Assembly (NCBI GenBank): GCA_041691135.1
Contig: JBEPVF010000002.1
Location: 1 to 64,000, forward strand
Reading direction: 5' to 3'
DNA length: 64,000 bases
DNA from: Candidatus Peribacteria bacterium
GTDB taxonomy: Bacteria > Patescibacteriota > Gracilibacteria > Peribacterales > Peribacteraceae
The position numbers and the translations under genes were made by a program. Below the pieces are notes generated by a model. The model was not told where the DNA came from. It made no database searches and saw nothing but the letters and a program-made list of their open reading frames with translations. Below, piece after piece: positions 31,153 to 42,478 of this stretch. Position 1 is the first letter of the stretch; every line of letters starts with the position of its first letter.

Positions 31153-31302
31153 GGCAAAAAGTAAGCACGGCCATTCATTTTCTTGCTTGAGTGATAGATT
31201 CGTTCAGAATCTGCTCCCTCAAGAGGATTTCTTCCATTCAATTCTATCTCTACGGTATCTCGCTAGCCTTTTATAGGCTATGATCCAAAATCTTCACCAT
31301 CT

Positions 31303-31617
31303 ATGAGCTCAGCCGATATTCCTCCGGAACCTCAGGCAACTGAACGCGATGAATCAGTGGCCGTACGTATTTTAGAAGATGGCACTGCAGAATTGTCGCG
31401 TATGAAAGATATACTCATCTTGATTGCCGAAAGTCTACAGAGGACTCTGGGCACTGATGTTTCCGCTAGAAATGAAGATCAAAGGCGACTTATTGCCGCC
31501 AGACACGCAGCAAGCAACGTTGCATCTGAAATTGAACGATTAGCACGGGGAGTGAATAACGCATTGCTAATCAGCAATCCAGTCGCCTTTTCGCCTAGAA
31601 GAGAGCGCAAAAAATGA
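31303..31617 (+). CDS. Hypothetical helical protein
   Basis: 104-aa ORF filling the intergenic gap. Confidence 0.55.
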   Translation: MSSADIPPEPQATERDESVAVRILEDGTAELSRMKDILILIAESLQRTLGTDVSARNEDQRRLIAARHAASNVASEIERLARGVNNALLISNPVAFSPRRERKK

Positions 31618-31751
31618 GATAGAGGTGCCCATAAATTTGGCTCTTAAAAGCCAAAAGGCATGGCCATGGCTGTTTCGGTCACTTTTCACTCGCTTTTTCC
31701 AAGAAGACGACTAATCTTCGTCCAACCATTTTTCCTGTTCCAGCTAAGGAA

Positions 31752-32162
31752 ATGCAACCAGCCCTCCAAGTAAATGTTGCGATGCCGAACGTTCCCAGCT
31801 CTCTCGCCAAGGTGTGCGATAAGCTACGTTCTTCGGACGTGAACATTACGGCCATTACCTGTACCGAAGGAAAGGAACGTACGATCATTCATTTGATCGT
31901 AAACGATCCCGAAACGGCAAAGATCGTCCTGAAGGATTTAGGAGAAGTATCGACGACCTTCGTGCTGGGATTCCAGATGAAGAACAAACCGGGCGCCATC
32001 GCGACACTCGGTCGCGCCTGCTCCGTTGCGGGCATCAACATCCATAACATCTATGCCACGACATTTGGCAAAGAAGCGATGGTGTATGTATCAGTGGAAA
32101 ACATCGAAGAAGCGGTGAAGGCGCTCAAGAAGTGGGAGGAGGTGCAGGGGAAAGTTGATTAA
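31752..32162 (+). CDS. Tandem ACT-domain protein
   Basis: NVPSSLAKV...VNI and NKPGAIA...GINI repeats. Confidence 0.85.
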   Translation: MQPALQVNVAMPNVPSSLAKVCDKLRSSDVNITAITCTEGKERTIIHLIVNDPETAKIVLKDLGEVSTTFVLGFQMKNKPGAIATLGRACSVAGINIHNIYATTFGKEAMVYVSVENIEEAVKALKKWEEVQGKVD

Positions 32163-32710
32163 GAGGGAACCGAAGCAACCGATGAAACAGAGGATACGTT
32201 CTACAGGTATCCAGAACGTTATTTTTACCATTTAGAAGCCAAAAAATCTGCTGTTATCTTTGTTACATATTCTTTTAGTCACACAAAGGAAAAAGTGTTG
32301 AGTAGGATAAGGGCATGTCAGAAAACCATCATATTCGTCCGTATGAAAAGCTAATCGTATGGCGCGAATCGCATATATTATGTCTTCGTACTTATGAACT
32401 AACTACAAAATTTCCTAAACACGAAAGATTTAGATTGGTCGATCAAATGTGCAGAAGTGCCTACAGCGCACCTATGAATATAGCCGAAGGAAATATGAAA
32501 ATTTCAAGAAAAGAAAAACGTCGCTATTTCGAAATAGCCTTGGGATCCATTGAAGAACTGCACTATCAAATGTTTCTTGCGAGGGATCTCCATTACATTA
32601 CACCTGAAGAATTCAAAAGCATTGATGACCACATCCAGCGCGTCAGTTATTTGCTCACAAAGTTGCGTTCCGCTTTTTCGTCGGTTGCCTCGGTTCCATC
32701 GGTTTCCCTC
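32163..32710 (+). mobile_element. Putative IVS-like element: four-helix-bundle gene between inverted 9-nt-period arms
   Basis: Left arm gagggaaccgaagcaaccgatgaaacagagga (32163-32194); right arm tcgtcggttgcctcggttccatcggtttccctc (32678-32710); AT-rich interior. Confidence 0.6.
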
Positions 32711-32746
32711 AACAGAACAACAAACTCCACTCAATCCACTATGTAA
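32315..32746 (+). CDS. Four helix bundle protein (23S rRNA IVS/Avd-like family)
   Basis: YEKLIVW, FPKHERF.LVDQ..RSA.S...NIAEG, IALGS..E. Confidence 0.92.
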   Translation: MSENHHIRPYEKLIVWRESHILCLRTYELTTKFPKHERFRLVDQMCRSAYSAPMNIAEGNMKISRKEKRRYFEIALGSIEELHYQMFLARDLHYITPEEFKSIDDHIQRVSYLLTKLRSAFSSVASVPSVSLNRTTNSTQSTM

Positions 32747-34136
32747 TAATCCCTTTTTCGTCGTGGCTTTCGCGGAAGAAGGCGAAGGCGATGTGGATTC
32801 TGGGTTTTTCGGCGGCGAAGCGTTCGAGGATCGATGTGGTGATACGCGAGGTGACCGAACGGCGCTCGCCGATCGGGACGAGAAAACGTAATGTGAACAG
32901 AACGCCGCGGTCACCTATTTCGAGGAATACGCGCGGACCATGGGATTCGCGGGAGAAGTAGAAATGATGCGTGCGGGCCGCCTGCTGACGCTGCGCCTTC
33001 TGGAAATAGGCATCTGTCTCTTCCTTCAAGACCTGTTCCACGATCGTCTGCCCGCGCTGCCAATCGCTCTCGATCATCACGTAAAACTGCATCTGCGTTT
33101 CCAGGAAATCGGATGTCGTATTGTAGTTGCGCACCGATTCGCGCAGCACGCACGAGTTCGGCACCAACACCGTTTTGCCGGTGCGATGAATGTCATCCTC
33201 CGCCCGCGACGCAACTTCCATCAATGTTGTCCGCAGCAATCCGATATCGATCACATCACCCGTCACATCGCCGATGGACACGCGGTGTCCCAGCGAGAAC
33301 AGGCGACGCTGCAGAATGATCGCCCATCCGACGATGTCTTTGAGCACATCCTGCAAGGCGACTGCGATACCGGCACCCACGATGGCGAAGGACGTAATGA
33401 TATCTGGATGCTCCGACGACAGTTTGATAATCAGCCACAAGCCCACCAGCACGTAGATCAGGCCGGTGTAGATCTTCATCACCGCGTAACGACGGTTACG
33501 ATTCTTGATGGCCCGGAAGAGCGTCGTGCGTCCCAGGCGTTCCAGGAAGATAATGACCACGATGACCAGCATGTACTGACCAATTGTGATGAGCAGCGAA
33601 AATTGTTCGATTTGCTGCTGTTGCGTCAGCTTCTGGAAACGTTCCTGATGAAGCTTGAGAAAGAACTCGGTCGACGCCAATCGCTCCTCCAAAATCGCCT
33701 GCTGAGCCAGGAATTCAGGGTAACTCGCAGTGATGCGTGTCGAACCCGATGCCGCCGGCCGGCTGGCATTCAAATAGTACGTGCTGTCGCCTTTCAGCAG
33801 ATCCATATCAACCTTCGCCGCTTCGTCCCGTGACTGAAGCATGGTGACGACCGCCCGTTCCTGTTCGTAGGGAGTTTGCGTCGGATTCTTCTCGCTGCTG
33901 AGCAACGCATTGATCGAGTTGTTCAGTTCGTCATCAATCAGAACGCGCAACCGTTCGCGTTCGGTTGTAATCTGCTGCTGCACATAGGTACTGGCCGGGT
34001 TGCGCTGCAACGAGCTATACAGCTGCACCAGACGTTGATCATTGATAGACGCACCTTGTGCCAGCGCCAGAGGCGAAAGAGCCATCTGTAACGCGATGAT
34101 AGAGAGAATGCCTACTTGGATCGCTTTTTGCCTCAT
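32739..34136 (-). CDS. MscS-family mechanosensitive channel with N-terminal coiled coil
   Basis: GAGIAVALQD, GHRV.IG...GDVIDIGLLRT, VPNS. Confidence 0.88.
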   Translation of the reverse strand: MRQKAIQVGILSIIALQMALSPLALAQGASINDQRLVQLYSSLQRNPASTYVQQQITTERERLRVLIDDELNNSINALLSSEKNPTQTPYEQERAVVTMLQSRDEAAKVDMDLLKGDSTYYLNASRPAASGSTRITASYPEFLAQQAILEERLASTEFFLKLHQERFQKLTQQQQIEQFSLLITIGQYMLVIVVIIFLERLGRTTLFRAIKNRNRRYAVMKIYTGLIYVLVGLWLIIKLSSEHPDIITSFAIVGAGIAVALQDVLKDIVGWAIILQRRLFSLGHRVSIGDVTGDVIDIGLLRTTLMEVASRAEDDIHRTGKTVLVPNSCVLRESVRNYNTTSDFLETQMQFYVMIESDWQRGQTIVEQVLKEETDAYFQKAQRQQAARTHHFYFSRESHGPRVFLEIGDRGVLFTLRFLVPIGERRSVTSRITTSILERFAAEKPRIHIAFAFFRESHDEKGIIT

Positions 34137-34189
34137 ACAAGGATCATAGAGTAAATGGCGACTAAGTCATTCGTCTATAGGCTTTATAT

Positions 34190-34318
34190 GAAACCGACGG
34201 AACCGAGGCAACCAAGGAAACCGACGATTTTCAGATTGAAGATGCATCAGTGCAATAGACACTTCACGAAGAAATAAAAAGAAGCGTCATCGGTTTCTTC
34301 GGCGCCGTCGGTTCCCTC
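34190..34318. repeat. Gene-less inverted 9-nt-period array, same family as the arms at 32163/32678
   Basis: aaccgacgg aaccgaggc aaccaagga aaccgacga - ~58 bp spacer - tcatcggtt tcttcggcg ccgtcggtt ccctc. Confidence 0.88.
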
Positions 34319-35252
34319 AATCCAATGCCGCCTTACTCGCCGACAATTCCGCCAGCTCAGCCGTAATATTTGCCTGACGGGTCGAGTTGTAGACCAGTGT
34401 CAGATCATCCAACAGTGATGATGCATTGTCGGTGGCGTTGCGCATGGCGATCATACGAGCCGAGTGCTCGGAGGCGACGGCCTCGAGTACCGCCTGGTAC
34501 ACCTGCACTTCCGTCAGCTGCGGCATGACGATATCGAGCACTTCCGTCGGCGACGGCTCGAATCTGTATTCCAGAATTTTGTCATGTGGCTGGGCCAGCA
34601 ATTCCTGTTCTTCGCGCGACAGACGGCGCTGTTGCTGCAGACCTTCGGTCATGTCGCGCATTTCGCTGCGCGAGAACGGCAGTAATACTTTAACGGTCGG
34701 TTCCTGAATTAAGGGAGAAATAAAATCGGTATAAATGAGCACGACATGATCGTATTCACCAGAAATGAAGCTATCGATGGCCAGGCGCGTGATGGGTAGT
34801 ACGTCGCGGAAAGACGGATTGTTCGAGAGTGCCGGGAAATTGGCGATGATGGGATGGCCCTGACGCTGCATGGCCTGATTCCCGCGTCTGCCGACGGTGA
34901 TGAAATCGATTTTCTCGAAGGTCGACAGTTCTTGTACGCCGCGCAGGTACTGTTGCGTGGCTCGCAGGAGAAGCGCATTCAAGCTGCCGCACATGCCACG
35001 ATCGGACGTGAAGATGATGCCGAGCACTTTCTGCACGGCCCGCGGCCGCAAAAATACATGCTCTTCGGCGTGCACTTTACCGATGGACAGGAGGATCTCC
35101 CACGCATTCAGCGCATAGCGACGCAGTGATTGCGCATTCTGCACGGCTTTCCGCATTTTGGATGCGGAGATCAGTTCCATCGCCTTGGTGACCTGGCGCG
35201 TGGACTTGTAGCCTTTCATTTTCTGCCGAATCTCGCGGAGACCTTTGGCCAT
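34317..35252 (-). CDS. atpG: ATP synthase F1 gamma subunit
   Basis: QVTKAMELISASK, SDRGMCG, SEHSARMIAM.NATDNA, RQANITAEL. Confidence 0.97.
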   Translation of the reverse strand: MAKGLREIRQKMKGYKSTRQVTKAMELISASKMRKAVQNAQSLRRYALNAWEILLSIGKVHAEEHVFLRPRAVQKVLGIIFTSDRGMCGSLNALLLRATQQYLRGVQELSTFEKIDFITVGRRGNQAMQRQGHPIIANFPALSNNPSFRDVLPITRLAIDSFISGEYDHVVLIYTDFISPLIQEPTVKVLLPFSRSEMRDMTEGLQQQRRLSREEQELLAQPHDKILEYRFEPSPTEVLDIVMPQLTEVQVYQAVLEAVASEHSARMIAMRNATDNASSLLDDLTLVYNSTRQANITAELAELSASKAALD

Positions 35253-35254
35253 GA

Positions 35255-35290
35255 GTGAATGGAAAATTGAGAATTGAAAATTAACAATTA
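35255..35290. repeat. 7-nt-period array (AATTGAG/AATTGAA)
   Basis: aatggaa aattgag aattgaa aattaac aatta between atpA and atpG. Confidence 0.75.
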
Positions 35291-36877
35291 TTTCTTGCTC
35301 TTCTTTTTATCGTGCTTGGGTTCTTCCTTTGGCGCGACGTGTGCCGCTGGAGCCGGTGCATCGGCGCGGGCGAGTTCCTCTTTGAAAGATTCGAACAGAC
35401 GCTTGAGTTGGTCTTCGGCCTCGGGTTTGATTTCGAGATCGAGTACCGACAGAAGATCGTAATGACGCGTGCGGAGCGTTTCCAGGAAACGATCCATGGC
35501 CGCGCGCAATTGAGCTACCGGTATATCGTCGATGTAACCGTTGATCGCCACGTAGAGCATCGCCACCTGTTCACCCACGGACAACGGGTGATACTGGTTT
35601 TGCTTCAGAAGTTCGGTGAGTCGAATGCCGCGGTCGAGCTGCTTCTTGGTGGCGGCATCCAGATCGGATCCGAACTGGGCGAACACGGCGAGTTCACGGT
35701 ACTGGGCCAAGTCCAGGCGCAGGCGGCCGGCGACTTTCTTCATCGATTTGCGCTGGGCGGCGGATCCCACGCGGGACACCGACGTACCGACGTTGACCGC
35801 CGGGCGGATGCCTTTGTAGAACAGATCGCCTTCCAGGAAGATCTGACCGTCAGTGATGGAAATAACGTTCGTCGGGATGTAGGCCGAAATATCTCCGGCT
35901 TGGGTTTCGATGATCGGCAGAGCCGTGAGCGAACCGCCGCCGTGCTTCTCATCCAAACATACCGCGCGCTCGAGCAACCGGGAGTGCAAATAGAAGACGT
36001 CGCCCGGATAGGCTTCGCGTCCCGGCGGACGGCGCAAGAGCAGCGAGATCTGACGGTAGGCCCATGCCTGGCGCGAGAGATCGTCGTACACAATAAGAAC
36101 GTCTTTGCCCTGGTCGACGAAGTACTCGCCCATCGCGCAACCGGCGAATGGCGCGATGTACCACAAGGCCGCCGGTTCGGAAGCCGAAGCGCTGACGACG
36201 ATGGTGTATTCCATGGCGCCGTGCTTCTCCAGATCTTTGACGATCTTGGCCACGCGCGACTCCTTCTGCCCCACGGCAACATAAATACAAATGACGGGTC
36301 GGTCGGTCTGCTGTGTCTTCTTCTGGTTGATGATGGCGTCGATAGCCACGGCTGTTTTGCCGGTCTGGCGATCGCCGATTATAAGCTCACGCTGGCCGCG
36401 CCCGACGGGAATCATGGCATCGATGGCAGTGATGCCGGTCTGGAGCGGTACAGTAACCGATTTGCGTTCGATAACGCCCGGCGCGATCTTCTCGATCGGA
36501 TACAGCGTCTTGAGGTTGAGCGGTGATCCGCCGTCTTTGGCTTCGCCGAGGGCGGAGACGACACGACCGATCATGGCATCGCCTACCGGTACCGAAAGTG
36601 TGCGGCCGGTGGCCTTTACCTGATCGCCTTCTTTGACCAGGGTGTAATCACCGAACACGATGGCGCCAACCGAATCCTCTCCCAAGTTGAGAGCGCTGCC
36701 GAAGACACCGTTGCCGAAGTCGATCATTTCGGACGCACCGATACTCGAGAGGCCGGAAATTTTGGCGATACCGTCGCCGATCTGGATGACCGTCCCGACG
36801 TGCTCGTGCTGCACCTTCGGCGTGAAGTGTTTGATACGATCTTCGAGGGTCTTCATGAGGGTGTCACTGAGAGTCAT
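35288..36877 (-). CDS. atpA: ATP synthase F1 alpha subunit
   Basis: [30 protein letters not shown]. Confidence 0.98.
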   Translation of the reverse strand: MTLSDTLMKTLEDRIKHFTPKVQHEHVGTVIQIGDGIAKISGLSSIGASEMIDFGNGVFGSALNLGEDSVGAIVFGDYTLVKEGDQVKATGRTLSVPVGDAMIGRVVSALGEAKDGGSPLNLKTLYPIEKIAPGVIERKSVTVPLQTGITAIDAMIPVGRGQRELIIGDRQTGKTAVAIDAIINQKKTQQTDRPVICIYVAVGQKESRVAKIVKDLEKHGAMEYTIVVSASASEPAALWYIAPFAGCAMGEYFVDQGKDVLIVYDDLSRQAWAYRQISLLLRRPPGREAYPGDVFYLHSRLLERAVCLDEKHGGGSLTALPIIETQAGDISAYIPTNVISITDGQIFLEGDLFYKGIRPAVNVGTSVSRVGSAAQRKSMKKVAGRLRLDLAQYRELAVFAQFGSDLDAATKKQLDRGIRLTELLKQNQYHPLSVGEQVAMLYVAINGYIDDIPVAQLRAAMDRFLETLRTRHYDLLSVLDLEIKPEAEDQLKRLFESFKEELARADAPAPAAHVAPKEEPKHDKKKSKK

Positions 36878-36898
36878 AAACGGAGGAAGAAAAAGACA

Positions 36899-37321
36899 TC
36901 AGACGGATAAAGAGGAGGACAGGAGCGTGAAACACTCCTTAAGATAAGCAAGGGAGGATGGAATACTGTTTTCAAACCGCTCATCGCCCACGCACAGAAC
37001 AACACCGCCCTTCAGCGAAGAGTGTGCTTGTTGTTCCAGCGTCACGGCAGTTCCCAAAGCGGACTCGATAATGTGTGCAATCTCGCCGACTGTTTTCTCT
37101 CCCGCTTGTCCGGAGGGAGTAATGAGCGCGGCACTGACAGACATTTTTCGACGGCGTGCGGTGCGTTGTACGATCTGCAAGAACGAACGCGGCGAGGTGG
37201 CCGGATGCTCTTTTTTCAGCAACTGTAAGGCAAGATCGCATATTGCCGACAATTGGTCGGGAGGGAGCTGTCCGCTCACATCCACCAATGCGGCCGCCAA
37301 TGCTTCGGGTTTCAGAATCAT
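36899..37321 (-). CDS. atpH: ATP synthase delta subunit (short form)
   Basis: SSLKGGVVLCVGDERFENSI C-terminal motif; position between atpF and atpA. Confidence 0.8.
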   Translation of the reverse strand: MILKPEALAAALVDVSGQLPPDQLSAICDLALQLLKKEHPATSPRSFLQIVQRTARRRKMSVSAALITPSGQAGEKTVGEIAHIIESALGTAVTLEQQAHSSLKGGVVLCVGDERFENSIPSSLAYLKECFTLLSSSLSV

Positions 37322-37824
37322 GACAGGAGTTGCGGGAGGTTCTTCTGAAGATCAGCCAAAATGCGCTTCTGGTCGGCTTCGGTGAATTCACGGTCAAGAA
37401 TTTTTTCAGTCGCCTTCATGACGACAGTAGCGACTTTTTCCTGCACTTCGATCAGCGCATGCTGACGTTCGTCATCGAGCTGCTTTCGTCCCTTCTGCAG
37501 GATCTGATCAGCCTGATGCTGAGCTGTCTCGGTAAGTTGTCCGCGCATGGCTTCGGCATCTTTGCGGGCACGACTGAGGAGTTCGCCGGCTTCTTCATCG
37601 GCTTTGCGAAGGACGTCGGCACGCGACCGTTCCATCTCTTCTTTCAGGCGATCGGCCTCGCGCGCGTTTTCAATCGTCTTCTTCACCATCATCCGCCTGG
37701 TCTCGATCAGATTCAGGAGCGGGCGGTACAGGAATTTTTTCAGGATAAACAAGATGATGCCGAAGTTGACCACTTGCGCGAGCAGGAGCGACCAATCGAT
37801 GCCTAGAGTGTGCAGAATTTCCAT
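37318..37824 (-). CDS. atpF: ATP synthase F0 b subunit
   Basis: LGIDW.LLLAQVVNF..LF.ILKKFLYRP followed by coiled coil. Confidence 0.95.
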   Translation of the reverse strand: MEILHTLGIDWSLLLAQVVNFGIILFILKKFLYRPLLNLIETRRMMVKKTIENAREADRLKEEMERSRADVLRKADEEAGELLSRARKDAEAMRGQLTETAQHQADQILQKGRKQLDDERQHALIEVQEKVATVVMKATEKILDREFTEADQKRILADLQKNLPQLLS

Positions 37825-37852
37825 GGAGGAAGAGTGGGATGAATCAAAACGC

Positions 37853-38167
<315 letters not shown>

Positions 38168-38989
38168 TCAGAGCGCCTCCGCCATATCCTGCGCGTGTCC
38201 TTCGTGCATCTGTTCATTATCATCATGCTCATGATGCGGCGTCACGGCCATTTTAAGGAAGACGAGGGTGAGGAGCGAGAATACCAATCCCTGGATGACT
38301 CCGACGAATAACTCCATCGCCAGGAACGGCACTGGAGCCAAATACGGAACAAGATATGAGATGACTGTGAGCAGCACTTCACCGGCAAAAATGTTGCCGA
38401 ACAAACGAAAGGTGAACGAGATGATGCGCGAGAATTCGCTGATGATCTCGAGCAGTCCGACGAACGTGCCGATCGGCGATTTCCAAGGCGCGACGATGAA
38501 CTTTCCGGCGTAATGGCTGAATCCCAGTTCGAACATGCCGTACACCTGCACCGAGAAGATGGAGATGATGGCGATGGCCAGGGTCATGTTCACGTCGGCG
38601 TTCATGGAACGAAACAGCGGAACTTTTACCGCATGTCCTTCGTGCATCATGTTCAGCACGATACTGCCCACGCCCGGTAGAATACCCATCCAGTTGCCGA
38701 GGACGATGAAGATCAGGATGGTCGCCACGAACGGGAAGAACCGCTTTGCCTGCTGCGCGTTCTGGATCACCGATGCGAAGAAGTCGTACAGGCCTTCAAC
38801 CAGAATTTCCATTAACGCTTGAAATCGTCCGGGCATCAGCTTGTAACCGGTGGCGCGCAACGACAGACAGATAAGAATCAACATGGCCATGGCCAGCCAG
38901 GCCATGAGCATCGTATTGCGCACTTCAAAGTTTCCGATCATGAAGATCGTTTCGGAAGCCAGTGTGGGAGCGTTAAAATTGGCAGCCAT
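38168..38989 (-). CDS. atpB: ATP synthase F0 a subunit
   Basis: SFTFRLFGNIFAGE, ELFVGVIQ..VF. Confidence 0.96.
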   Translation of the reverse strand: MAANFNAPTLASETIFMIGNFEVRNTMLMAWLAMAMLILICLSLRATGYKLMPGRFQALMEILVEGLYDFFASVIQNAQQAKRFFPFVATILIFIVLGNWMGILPGVGSIVLNMMHEGHAVKVPLFRSMNADVNMTLAIAIISIFSVQVYGMFELGFSHYAGKFIVAPWKSPIGTFVGLLEIISEFSRIISFTFRLFGNIFAGEVLLTVISYLVPYLAPVPFLAMELFVGVIQGLVFSLLTLVFLKMAVTPHHEHDDNEQMHEGHAQDMAEAL

Positions 38990-38995
38990 GGGAAC

Positions 38996-39352
38996 TTATG
39001 GTTTAAATTTGAAAGAATCGTGGAATTCCTCACTCTCGGCATGATGTTCCGCATCCACATCGGGCGGTTTGGGCATGTACTTAGGAAGGCGGCGAGTGAT
39101 TTGTCGGATCTTGCTGGCAATCGACAGGAACGAGATGGCGAAGGCCAAGACTATTCCGAGGAGGAGGAAAATCGGCGACGTGTGCAACCAGCGGTCGGTA
39201 TACGCACCACCCAGCGAGAAGATAACGGCCGGAATGGCGATCGTGTAACCCATTTCCCATGCCAAGCCGAGGCCGATCCACGTACTTTCGTTGGGAGGCG
39301 TTTCGCGCACTTCGGGAGCAGGGGCCGGTGTTTGAGGAGTATCGGGTGTCAT
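38996..39352 (-). CDS. AtpZ/AtpI-family F0 accessory protein
   Basis: WEMGYTIAIP..GAY.D.WL.TSP.FLLLG. Confidence 0.85.
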   Translation of the reverse strand: MTPDTPQTPAPAPEVRETPPNESTWIGLGLAWEMGYTIAIPAVIFSLGGAYTDRWLHTSPIFLLLGIVLAFAISFLSIASKIRQITRRLPKYMPKPPDVDAEHHAESEEFHDSFKFKP

Positions 39353-39358
39353 GGGCGA

Positions 39359-39778
39359 TTAAATCGAACGGCGACGGCGCGCACGGAAGCGGCGGACACT
39401 GAGCAGACGGGCGAGTTCGCGGTCGAGCAGAGCGGTCGCCTCGGCAAAATCCTCCGAATCTTCGCGACGCTGTTCGCGCAGTTCTTCGGCACGCTTCTTG
39501 GCGATCTCGATGGCCGTTTCCTCCATCGTTTCGGGACGGTCGGCAATGTCAGACAACACGCGAACCATGCCGCCTTCGACCTGCACCACGCCACGCGCGA
39601 CGGCAAAGTACTGTTCATCGGCACCGTTGCGGATGATCACCGTGCCCGGCTCCACCGTACTGATAATCGGAATATGATGCGGCAGCACCGTGATTTCGCC
39701 AAGGCCGGTCGGCAACGTGACGGAATCCGTCTCGCCGCTGAATGCGGAACCCTCTGGTGTGATCAGTTCAATATGCAT
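39359..39778 (-). CDS. atpC: ATP synthase F1 epsilon subunit
   Basis: LITPEG, GEITVLPHHIP. Confidence 0.95.
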   Translation of the reverse strand: MHIELITPEGSAFSGETDSVTLPTGLGEITVLPHHIPIISTVEPGTVIIRNGADEQYFAVARGVVQVEGGMVRVLSDIADRPETMEETAIEIAKKRAEELREQRREDSEDFAEATALLDRELARLLSVRRFRARRRRSI

Positions 39779-39801
39779 TGATACGAATTGCTAGTTGAGA
39801 A

Positions 39802-41235
<1,434 letters not shown>

Positions 41236-41389
41236 TCATATACAGGATATACAAGAGGGATACAAGGCTCTAAGAGGCGACTTTGCTGAGAATTATCGAT
41301 GTCTGAGCGACATGCGTTGAGAGAAAATTTGCAGCATGGCGCTGCCGCTTTCTGCGCGGTTGGTGGAAGCTGGTCGATTCATCGCTGAG

Positions 41390-41800
41390 GGGTGCTCCCT
41401 CACCCCGGCCCTCTCCCTCCTTGCCCACGCCGCAAAGGGAGTTATGACAGTTCGCGCATTACTCAGCAACAGAAACCTGCCGGGAGAGGGAGGTGTGTGC
41501 TCTATGTGTGTTGTGCCTAACGAAGCTCTCTCAAATAGTTCTAGGCGGCTACAGCCGCCGAGCCTCTTCGCACGTTCGCTATTCCAGGGAACAGTCCCTC
41601 CACCTATGTGGTGGGGATAGGTGGTTACGAACTGTGTCACAGCAAGCCGTTAGGCGCTGTGAGACAGTGAGGTGGGTCATAGGCGGTGCGCTTCTTTTTG
41701 GTTCTTTTTCTTGTCGCGGGGAGACAAGAAAAAGAACACCAGTGGTGATTGGGAAGGTTGGTGCTGAGGAATACCTCAGACACCGCAGCCGGGGACGGCT
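41390..41800. repeat. Composite REP-like palindrome cluster
   Basis: ccctcaccccggccctctccc...gggagaggga, ccacctat/ataggtgg, perfect 15-bp stem gttctttttcttgtc/gacaagaaaaagaac, ctgagg/cctcag, gcagccg/cggctgc. Confidence 0.75.
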
Positions 41801-41839
41801 GCTGCTGCAGAAATAGAAACAATTGAAGCGCTTGAATCC

Positions 41840-42469
41840 TTATCCTCGCCTTCTCTGTCTCCACCATTCAATCACCGGCGGCAAAAGGGAAAGGAAGATG
41901 ATCGCAAAGATGACGAGTGTAAAATTGTGTTCGACCGCCGGAATCGTTCCGAAGTAGAACCCGGCGAAGACAAAGAGGCCAACCCAGGCCAGACCGCCGA
42001 CAATGTTATAGAAGGAGAACGTCTGCCACGACATCGATCCGATGCCGGCGACGAAGGGAGCGAAAGTGCGAATGATGGGCATGAAGCGCGTGATGATAAT
42101 CGTCTTGGCGCCGTACTTCTGGTAAAAGGCATGCGCCTTCAAAAGATAATCTTTGCGGAGCCAGCGGTGCTGCTCACTGAAGACGCGCGGACCGATGTAC
42201 GCGCCAATACCGTAGTTGACGGTGTTCCCGGCGATCGCGGCGATGCTGAGAAGAAGAAACAGAAGCGCGGGATGGAACGAACCTTTGGCGGCGAACGTAC
42301 CGGCTGCGAAAATAAGCGAATCACCGGGCAGGAAGGGCGTGACCACAAAGCCAGTTTCGGCGAAGATGATCAGAAAGAGAAATGCATACGTGAGCGCCCC
42401 GTACTGGGCGATAACACCGGCAAGATGCGTATCGAGATGCAGAAACAGATCAATGAGAGAGTGCAGCAT
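41840..42469 (-). CDS. dedA: DedA family protein
   Basis: FAETG...PFLPGDSL, RFMPIIRTFAPFVAG. Confidence 0.95.
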   Translation of the reverse strand: MLHSLIDLFLHLDTHLAGVIAQYGALTYAFLFLIIFAETGFVVTPFLPGDSLIFAAGTFAAKGSFHPALLFLLLSIAAIAGNTVNYGIGAYIGPRVFSEQHRWLRKDYLLKAHAFYQKYGAKTIIITRFMPIIRTFAPFVAGIGSMSWQTFSFYNIVGGLAWVGLFVFAGFYFGTIPAVEHNFTLVIFAIIFLSLLPPVIEWWRQRRRG

Positions 42470-42478
42470 GGAAAAATG

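Noticed and set aside
32315-32746. Diversity-generating retroelement (Avd-like protein)
   Set aside because: No reverse transcriptase and no TR/VR pair differing at adenines seen in the window.
41293-41867. Short ORFs between atpD and dedA
   Set aside because: They overlap the palindrome cluster and have no protein-like features.
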